Below are positions 25,364 through 64,000 of a DNA stretch of 64,000 bases, one piece after another. The notes beneath the pieces are model-generated. The model searched no databases. It had not been told where the DNA came from and worked only from the letters and a program-made list of their open reading frames with translations. The DNA comes from Antedon mediterranea (Eukaryota > Animalia > Echinodermata). Positions within the stretch are counted from its first letter, which is position 1. Every line of letters starts with the position of its first letter. The translations under genes and the position numbers were made by a program. The stretch is from positions 23,842,912-23,906,911 of the forward strand of contig NC_092675.1 of NCBI RefSeq assembly GCF_964355755.1, read 5' to 3'.

Positions 25364-27144
25364 TGATAAGTTTCTCCTGCTTTTCACAATTGAATATTAC
25401 CCATCTTAGAAAAATATATCTTGAATCTTGCTTAGTATATCTATCTGTATACATATATTTCAATCGCAAGAAAGATTCATGTAGGTCTACTAAAGAAAAA
25501 AGTAAAATTTGACGAAGCACTGAACTTTTGATTTATGCAGTTACAAGGCCTGTTTCTACTGAAATTAAATCTTGGGAACCAGTTTTGGTAGTTGCAGCTT
25601 ATTTAATTCAATACAAACAAAACCAGTTTGGTCAATTAGTGTTTGTTATGAAATGATATCAATACCCACAACACAGTCAGTGTGACTAGAATACGTGTTG
25701 GCGCTTTTTTTAGTTGACCTAATTAAAACCCATGGTGATTTGGAGCCAATTTAAAATCCTGAAATAACCATTTGATTAATATGAACTATGATGCCCTCCT
25801 GTGACCTCTTTTTAGTTTTGCAAATTGTAATGGAAAATATAATGATCACTACCATTTTTCAGCTAGCTGTTGTAAACACTGATCAAGTTTGATTTTCATT
25901 GAAAGTCTAAAATCATTCTTTTAACAGTAAAATCAGATAAGCATAGCTTGCTGTCTCTCTAATCAACCAAATTCAAATCTTACCTACTTTATACATACTC
26001 AAAAATTGTTATCTTTTCATTTTATTTGTTCTAATGAATATGCATTGTAAATGAAATGTCTTTGAATCAATTTATTATTATTGACAGTTTCTGTTAAATT
26101 AAATAGATTTCAATTACTGCATATTCTTCCAAACCAAGTCATTTCTTGTGGCAGTGACATTGGTGTATCCATGTTTTAGTGACTAAGGATTTTCTTGTAA
26201 ATAACATGATTAGCTATCTTGGTACTTTGGTATTAATGCCTTTTCATGTTCACTAGACTACACACCTATCTAGTCAAACAGTCATTCTGTGCATGCAAAT
26301 AAATTTGAGCATGAGCAGTATAATCTTATTACTTAATAGCTGTGTGGTGCCTGTGCGTCATGAAAAAACGATTGGACGCTATTATCTATCGATTAAAAGT
26401 AATTTCATTTCTGGATATGGAGCAAGTATTTATGATATAAGAAATCTGTATATAAGCAACTTATATGACATTGTATATAATTTCTTTCTCAATTTATAGT
26501 TAAGGCAAGAGGTTTGCTGGCATTTTTCAAGATTTACAGTAACTATAACACTTTTAGTAAATATCTGGATTTTTTCATATTTTCACTTCATTTGTTTGAA
26601 TACATTGTTTTCTTTAGGTTTCATTTTTTTAATTCAAAATACCTTCACAATGTGGCTATGTGTATTGCTAATGAATTATTATAGGTAGTGTTCATGGAAT
26701 GAATTATTATAGGTAGTGTTCATGGAATAAGTTAAAGCACAATTTTGATTTATTATTATAACAATTTGAAAATAAAGGATATATGCTAATTAAGTTATTT
26801 TATATATTAGAAAGTTTTTAGATTATTCTTATACTATTAGGGTGTATGCAACAATTAACTCACCTGGCTTTGTGGTTATATTGCTGCATACCAATCCCAA
26901 TGTACTGGGTTCTGGTCCTGTGATCTGCACACCCTCAACATTCAAGTGAAAACCACTTAATGGAAATAAAATATTTATTAATGACTTGGAATAACTTAAT
27001 TGTGATTTGTGAATATGACTATGTTAATTTGTGTCGGATATTTTAAAGTAAATATTAAATTAATTTAAAACATTTAGATATGAGGAATTTATTTAGCCCA
27101 AGTTTAAACACAACCATTGGCTCTGCCTGCCACAACAAGATTTA

Positions 27145-27266
27145 AGCTTGTTTCCCACTAGCAACGCAATGCAAGAACATTTACGCAACGCAAGCTAGTT
27201 GACCAATGACAACCGACCGTTTGAATAATCCATTGCTTGCGATTAGTTGGTAGTGGGAACCAAGCT
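27145..27266. mobile_element. MITE family B (TIR AGCTTGGTTCCCACTA), internally deleted copy
   Basis: AGCTTGTTTCCCACTA...TAGTGGGAACCAAGCT flanked by TTA; homologous to 30809-31171. Confidence 0.75.
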
Positions 27267-28111
27267 TTAGGACTGAATACACCTAAGCCTTAAATAATAT
27301 GTAGTTTAGAAACATGGGCCTTCTTTTTTTTTGTCATTATTGTTACACATTTAATGGTTATGTGACAATTATTGGGTGTTTTTTTTATGTATTTATCACT
27401 CATGTTTATAATTCTATTTTAATGACACAAAATATAGTTTTTTATTAATAACGATTATTATTGTCCAATTTTATTATTATCCAATATTTAGTAATAGTAA
27501 ATCATATTTTATTATTCTGTTAATATATAGAATAATATTTTTAGTTGTACAGTTTGTTTATAATGTAGAATGGCATCACATTTAGAGGATTTAATTTTTA
27601 TTTGTAAATTATTGTGTTTGATTTATTTGACTGATTCATAGAAGTAGTTTTTTTGTTTTCGATAATGTAATTTGTTTTCGAGACATTTTTTTATGTAATC
27701 GAACTTGGAACTTAATTTTGCACTGACAATGTTTGGTTGTTTGTGGTACAAAGGGATGTAAAACTATAAAATAAATAAAAAGTATACACCATATCCGTTT
27801 ATTGTTATATTTCCTTAGTTATACTGTAGCTGCGAAAAAAATGACTGGAAATGATGATTTTTATAGCTCTTCAGAATGAAAAGTGATTAAATGATTAAAA
27901 CCAATTCTGGAAGCTATTGGATTGTAGATAAGTTAATTCATGTAAAAAGAGCATGCATCTTTAGCTGGCTTCTGTGTCGGAATTTCTTCAGAAGTTTGCT
28001 GTTGCTTTCTTAATGTTTATTTTTTTAATTTTGATGATGATGTAGTTTTAAAATATTAGAAAATAAGAGGGTCGCATAATTTGAAGCTAACATACGGTCA
28101 TAAACAATTAA

Positions 28112-28333
28112 GATTACCGGTTTGCTCAGTCGACCGAGGGCTCGAATGTCATGGGTTCGAATCCCATGATGATCAGAATGTAAACTTGAAGCATGGTGGA
28201 AGAATGGTTCACAGAATAATACGTCCCCTTTCTAGACACATAATGTGGCTGCAACATCAAAGCATCTGATGTCGTGGAACCGACCCAAGGCTGTGTAAGG
28301 GCCTTACCGTACAGTACTAGAGGCAGGGGAGCA
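28112..28333 (+). mobile_element. tRNA-derived SINE (family 2)
   Basis: A box TTGCTCAGTCG, B box GGGTTCGAATCCC; body shared with 30062-30282 (ACGTCCCCT..AACATCAA..GCATCTGATG..ACCCAAGGCTGT..CTAGAGGCA). Confidence 0.7.
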
Positions 28334-28449
28334 GACATCTTTATTTCTAGACTTGCCACAAGTCTGTAGTTATTGTCTTTTTTTATGTTGGTCTCCATAC
28401 ATAGTCATACATACATACATACTTTTTGATTTTTGTACGAGCTTAAATA

Positions 28450-29690
28450 GTATACGTATAGACAAGCTTAAATCATTTAACTTAGATGTCTCTATTATAA
28501 ATTGGTTTAAAGACTATCTTTGTGATCGTACGCACTTAACACAAGTAAATGGTGTCCGATCAGATAAATGCTATAGTAATTGTGGAATCCCCCAAGGATC
28601 AATTTTGGGACCACTCTTATTTATACTTTATGTAAATGATCTACCAAAGCATGTAAATAGTGTACAGATTAGTATGTATGCAGATGATACAGCTCTTTAC
28701 TTTGCATCTTCTGATATAAATGAAGTACTTGCAAAAATTAATGAAGATTTAAAAAAAATCAAATCATGGCTAGCAAGTAACAAGCTTAGTCTAAATGTAA
28801 ATAAAACTCAGTGTATGTTTATAGGAACACAACAAAGGCTTGCAAAATTAGCAAACATTGATCTAAATTTAAACATAGACAATGTTCGGCTACAAAGAGT
28901 AAAAAGCTGTAAACATCTAGGTGTTGTTATTGATGAATATTTACTGTGGGATAAACAAATAGATAATGTTAAAAGTAAAGTATTGCCAGGCTTGTTCTAC
29001 TTAAAAAAATCTTCAAATCTCGTCCCAAAACATGTATCTTGCTTAATGTATAATAGTATTATCTCTCCACAGTTTAACTATTGTAATATTGTGTGGGGCA
29101 GATCAAATAAAAAAAATACTAATAAACTACAAATGCTACAAAACAGAGCAGCCAAAATTATTACAAAACAAGGAAATACGACTCAAGTACACAAGCCCTG
29201 CAAAACTTAAACTGGATAAATCTTAATACTCAACTACATAATAATGAAGCCAAAATGTTATATAAAATATTCCATAATCAAGCACCACCATATCTAAACG
29301 AACTATTTACACCCAAACTAGACACATACAATACAAGATCAAAGGATGTATTAAAATTGAATAAACCCAAAACAGAATATAAAAAAAAAAGTTTTTCATA
29401 TCATGGTGCTAGTTTATGGAATACTCTAAAAAAACCAATGCAAAATGCCACAAATTTAAATACTTTCAAAAAATTATTGGTGTGATTTATTATTTATTTT
29501 GTACTCTTATCACAAATGTAATTTCTGTTCATATATTTTTGTTCTCTAATTTGTTATTTTTAAAATTTGTTATTTTTAAATGTGTAATGTACTACTGTTA
29601 GTTGATCACGGCCTTGTAGAAGAACACCTTTATGGTGACACAAGCTTTTCCGTGTTAAAATAAAGTATTTATTATTATTATTATTATTAT
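28450..29690 (+). mobile_element. 5'-truncated non-LTR retrotransposon (CR1/L2 group) reverse transcriptase fragment
   Basis: ORF 28353-29210 has GIPQGSILGPLLFILYVNDL, YADDT, KLSLNVNKT, KHLGVVID; frameshift near 29180 leads into the frame of 29255-29485 (KKSFSYHGASLWN); 3' end AATAAA plus (TTA)n tail. Confidence 0.92.
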
Positions 29691-30061
29691 ACGTATGAAA
29701 CGCCATATGTGCCAAGATATTTATCTTTTTAATAATATATAAGTCTACATTATTATTATTTCTTAAAATAATTACCTTAACTTCTAAATATCTCTCTTTC
29801 AAAAGAAAAAAATATTTATTTGCAAAAAAAAAACAAAAACCGGAGGATTTTAACCGTACCTCAGAGAGGGCCGAGAGTACTCACAACAGAGCACTACCCA
29901 TTACGCCACAGAAGGACACGACTAAACATATGGCACATAATATTCTATTTATCCTACGTGCCTATATGACGTAATTAATCGTTACGTCATAAATATGCAT
30001 ATTCATGACCGTCATCTTGAGAGAACAAAACTAGTATTAGTTTTACCTGGTTATGAATCAG

Positions 30062-30282
30062 AGGACTGGATAGCTCAGTCGTGGAACACAATTATCGTGG
30101 GTTCAAGCCATGCCGGTCTCGATGGAATAGATTAAAGCTATGCGAGCTTCTGTGTTTGGGGTTCACAGATTTAAACGTCCCCCTTTCCACCTACATCATG
30201 AGGCGGTAACATCAAGGCATCTGATGATGTGTACCCAAGGCTGTACGAGGGCCTTTACAGTGCTAGAGGCAAGGGAGCACAA
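30062..30282 (+). mobile_element. tRNA-derived SINE (family 2)
   Basis: A box TAGCTCAGTCG, B box GGGTTCAAGCC; homologous to 28112-28333. Confidence 0.7.
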
Positions 30283-30664
30283 CACGGGTTTTTTTTTTTC
30301 TGGCCTTTTATGATCTCGTAGATGTTATGTTTAGCGCCCTCAATTTTAAGAACATCCGTTTTATAATGTCAGAAAATTACGAAAAATACACTAATCTATC
30401 TAAATAAAAGGCAAACACAAAAAGTTTGTCCTCTATGCACGCCGCGGTACAACCTCTGATTGGTGTGAACTTACACAATTTCTGTAGTCTAGGCCTATAT
30501 CTTTAGCGGTGACCATGACAGGTGCAATACAAACTGGTACCGACCGCGCTGGCAACATTGCTCTTCTTGTGGGTTAGGTTTTTGAAAATTTCCAATCTTA
30601 AATGCAAACCAGTTTGTTTCAATGATTCTAGGCCGGCTACTTTTTTATTGTTTTCTATATTTTA

Positions 30665-31171
30665 AGCTCCATCTACACTATCAAATTTTATGTGACAAAA
30701 AATGTGATGTGCCATCCATCATATGGACATGATGATGTCATATCACTACCATATTCAGGCGCAGCACATCACACTTTTTAGTTAAACTTGTTTGTAGACA
30801 GAGCTTTAAGCTTGGTTCCCACTAGAACGTAACGCAAGGACGTAAACGCAACGCAAGCGTTTTAACCAATGACAAGCGAAGTTATAGGCAGTAAAGCGTG
30901 GTTCCCACTAGCGACGCAACACAAGGACGTAACGCAACGCAAGTGAATTGATCAATCACAAGCGATGGCTTATTCGCTTGTGATTGCTAACTGTCTATAA
31001 CTTCGCTTGTCATTGGTTAAAACGCTTGCGTTGCGTGTACGTCCTTGCGTTACGTTCTAGTGGGAACCAAGCTTTAGCAATCACAAGCGAATAAGCCATC
31101 GCTTGTGATTGGTCAATTCACTTGCGTTGTGTTACGTCCTTGTTTTGCGTCGCCAGTGGGAACCATACGCT
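30665..31171. mobile_element. MITE cluster: family A (30665-30805) abutting family B (30809-31171), which contains an inverted family B copy (30895-31073)
   Basis: TIRs and TWA junctions visible; the reverse complement of the inner copy matches the outer copy with the insertion removed. Confidence 0.85.
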
Positions 31172-31349
31172 TAAGGATGCTCTGACGGTCTTCAAACGGA
31201 TTGTTGCAATTTCAATTTCTGAGGTTAAATCCTCTTCTATAACACTGTACCTTCAAATCTTCGATCCTTTTCATTATTCACATCTAACTGCAGTCATCCA
31301 TATATACATTGTTAAGGATGGTAGATGTGTTAATCTTTTTTACTAAAAT

Positions 31350-31658
31350 AGATGTATTGTCCCCCTGAAAATTAATGTTTATTTTTTTTAATATGCCATT
31401 TTAATGTCACATAATAGTTATCCTCTTTGAACACAAATTGAATTGAAAAAAAAGTATTTACCTGAAAAAACTAAAGCAAAAAAATAGTCAAATTGACTGC
31501 CAGCCAGAGGGGTTTTTGATTGAATTTGACCATTTATTTTGTCATTTATATGAGATGAGATACGGAAGGGATTAACTTTATTAAAACTACAAAATAACCT
31601 ATTCGAAGTATGATTTAATTAATCTTCATTTTTCTTGTTTTTGGAGGAAAATACATCC
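31350..31658. mobile_element. MITE family K (Kolobok-like)
   Basis: AGATGTATTGTCCCCC...AATACATCC-TTAA; alignable with 51908-52231. Confidence 0.75.
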
Positions 31659-33030
31659 TTAAGTTTCTGGTCGTTTTCAATTCATTTCACAACTTTGGAC
31701 CATATAAAGACTGTAACAATAAAAGGAACTTCTATTCTTTTGGTTTATATACTGGTACATTGCATCTATATATAAATTTACGTAAGGGCAAAATTCGGTA
31801 AATCGCGCCTTACATTTAGAATTTGTACTCGATGGTATATAAAGTTGGTTCGTACTTTCGGTACTGATTTTAACCACCTGATGTAACCCTGTTTACTAAT
31901 TAAATTGAGTTAGATAATTAGTTATTGACGATTAAAACGAATTTAGGTTCAACGATTTGCCCCAAATAGGGGTGTTTTCCGATCGTGGTATACACTGTCT
32001 AATGGATGTCCGTCTTGAAAAATACCCGCCACAAAAATGCGAGGAGGCTTCGCATTTTCCTATCTCCTCCTACGATAATTGTTTTTAATAGCTGAAAACC
32101 GGTTGAACAGCTAGAGTACACCATCATAATGTTAAAGACAGGCCGATTTTCTTTAAAAAATACTATTTTGATAGATTTAATATACGATTATACAAATCTA
32201 TTGATTTGCGATGAATGGAACATCCCAATCTCTCAGTCTGCCAGAGTTTGGTTTAACACAAGTACTGTAGGTAAATTTATGAGCCCTTGGTTTAACACAT
32301 ACGGTAGGTAAATATATGGGCCTTTTGAGAATAAACTTGCGAGATTGTGGATAGGCTCTACTGTTAGATATATAAACACATTATTATATACAAATAAACT
32401 TTATACTGACAGTTCTTTATCAACGTTTGTATTAATTAATAATTACCAAATATAAACGTCGTAGTTGTGTATCGTGACATGGTACTTTAATATTTCAATC
32501 GATTATGACAGTGACAGTTTTAACTAAACTAAATAAAGAATGTTCTCTAATATAATTAGGAATCTCTTGCCATACAAGGGGAAAATTAGTGTACAATGAA
32601 TATTTAAAAGAAATAAATAAATAAATAAAATAAAAAAAGTATTAAATCGCAAATGTTTTACTGTATTTAGAGGTATATTATTTATAGGCCTATAAAACAT
32701 GAAAAAAATATTTCGTTACTGAGTGGATAAAGAATATATTTAAAAATTGTTCCTCTTTGTACCTATCCGCTTTACCATCCCTCAACCCTAATGTTACATA
32801 CAAAACACAAATTGGGTTTCTTTAAATGAGTCCAAATCAATTTTGTGATAAGTTTCTCCTTCGGAAGTAATTCCCAGGGTGCTAATTTTAGTTGACTACA
32901 TAAATCATCGTGTCTATTTATTCGTTTCTGTAAACGACAATGTATATAGTCCTGCGGTACGTACATTTGAAATCGCCAGTTTTGTTACGCTGAAATTACT
33001 GTGTATTCGAGAACCATCTGTGGGCACGAC

Positions 33031-33067
33031 CTAGATGGTACGCGAGCGAAGCGAGCGTACCATCTAG
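33031..33067. repeat. Perfect 13-bp hairpin ending in CTAG-T, probable Helitron/HINE-type terminus
   Basis: CTAGATGGTACGC-gagcgaagcga-GCGTACCATCTAG. Confidence 0.5.
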
Positions 33068-33169
33068 TAATATTAAAGTTTACCAACAATGTTTGAGATT
33101 GAGATTAGTAATAAATTATTCACATAAAATGAAAAAGTAGGCCTACTGGTAGCAGTACGGATTATGTCA

Positions 33170-33490
33170 AAAGACCGAGCGGTTAAGGCAGGGGCGCCAT
33201 TTACCGTCGTACCTAAAGAGCCAAACAACATTATTGGCAAGGGTTCGAGGCTGACTCACTCCTAGTTCTGGTGGTGTAAAAAGTCTTCTCGGATAAGGAC
33301 TATAAACCGAGGTTCAGTGTACACATGGCTTATAACATGTGTAATGTGTACCAGTTCATTACTCGAGAAGAGTAGGGGGTTTCCCCGTTGAACTGGTTCA
33401 CAAAATAGCCCTTGTATCAGGGGGATTACCACCTATCTGATAGGACAGTGATTAATTTCTATTGGTAATCCTTGGCCACATTGTCTAAAG
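33170..33490 (+). mobile_element. tRNA-derived SINE with Deu/Nin-like central domain
   Basis: GACCGAGCGGTTAAGG (A box), GGGTTCGAG (B box), then GTCTTCTCGGATAAGGACTATAAACCGAGG...GAAGAGTAGGGGGTTTCCCCG, resembling the DeuSINE conserved domain. Confidence 0.65.
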
Positions 33491-33517
33491 ACATAAAATA
33501 TTTAAAAAATACCACTC

Positions 33518-33725
33518 AATCAATCAATCAATCAATCGTTCGATTTATATAGCGCCATTCCAACATTCATTGCTCATGGCGCTGTAAAAAATCAGAAAAG
33601 GTGAGTTTTGAGTAGTTACTTAAAGTGACTCAATAATGATGTGTCAAGGGTAGGTGGTTCCAGAGCCTAGATCCAGCAACACTGAAAGTCCGATCTCCCC
33701 AACTATGTTTGCTCCTTGGAATGTC
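33518..33725 (-). mobile_element. L2-type LINE 3' end
   Basis: Minus strand encodes PRSKHSWGDRTFSVAGSRLWN, followed by an AGCGCCAT...ATGGCGCTATATAAAT stem-loop and a (GATT)n tail. Confidence 0.75.
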
Positions 33726-34405
33726 CACTAGCACTATGACTAGATCTTAAATAACATACCAATGATGATAAACGTCATCGGTTCTGAATGAATGACTTAG
33801 CCTATGATTCTGTCGTTATTGAATAATCTTTCATTTCATTATTTTTTCGGTCTATTTCAGTTTATAAAAAACTGAAATTAGTATATAATGTTAGCACCGT
33901 AGGACGTTCGACACCATTGCCGCCGCAGCATATTTTATCATCTTGTTAAATATATAAATAAAACGTAAATTCAATAGGTATGATATTGTAATGATATATT
34001 GACTTATAGACTATAGCATGAAAATGACATCGTATTGAATGAACCGTGGCACGTTTTGTTTGTACAGTGAGAACGTTCACGCATTGGTGTACCTGACAAA
34101 AGCTATTGTATGCTTTAACAAAAGACTGCATTCAAATGACCGTGTACAGTATTATACGTTACTAAACGACGCGACGCAATTGCCATTATCCTGTTATTCA
34201 AAAAATATATCAACACTTGTTGCGTCAATCGGTATCAGACTATACAGTATACAAACTGAAATACTGGTTTCAGGATTTTATAGGCCTACCACAGGAACCG
34301 GATTCATCAAACTTAGGAGATATTTTATTTAGAAGATCCTCAATGACATCTGTGTGATGCTATTTACTTATCTGTAGTCCCGTTTAACCAAATTTAGAAT
34401 TTAGT

Positions 34406-63972
<29,567 letters not shown>

Positions 63973-64000
63973 GTAAATTAGTATTAATTACTAAGGACAT

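Noticed and set aside
28112-28170. tRNA gene
   Set aside because: A and B boxes are present but there is no cloverleaf, and it continues into a repeated SINE body.
30215-30270. CTGATGA in the SINE body as a hammerhead or twister ribozyme
   Set aside because: No GAAA after a stem II, and the sister copy reads CTGATGTC.

Overview
AT-rich, intron-rich animal genomic DNA, most consistent with a marine invertebrate deuterostome such as an echinoderm (inference only). Four spliced genes could be assembled by hand with consistent exon phases: the 3' part of a DEPTOR homologue (+), a complete RPS20 (-), a complete TM9SF4 (+, head-to-head with RPS20), and the 5' part of a secreted-pathway protein with a signal-peptide exon plus at least 31 single-EGF, phase-1/1 exons (+, runs off the window). 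An intronless, disabled arylsulfatase A copy lies inside an intron of the EGF gene. Non-coding DNA is dense in small mobile elements: several MITE families, a hAT-like element, a Helentron-type HINE, LINE fragments, tRNA-derived SINEs and Penelope-type repeats with minimal hammerhead ribozymes. Most notable: (1) pervasive short TA-flanked insertions (TA-GGCC-TA, TA-CWG-TA, TA-CSG-TA), some demonstrable as insertions by internal comparison; (2) CTAG/GGCC-rich tracts just downstream of both housekeeping start sites, plus a third tract pointing to a hidden internal promoter and alternative first exon inside the EGF gene; (3) an RPS20-TM9SF4 pair whose human homologues occupy equivalent slots of a vertebrate paralogon. 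All coordinates were read by eye and may be off by a few bases.
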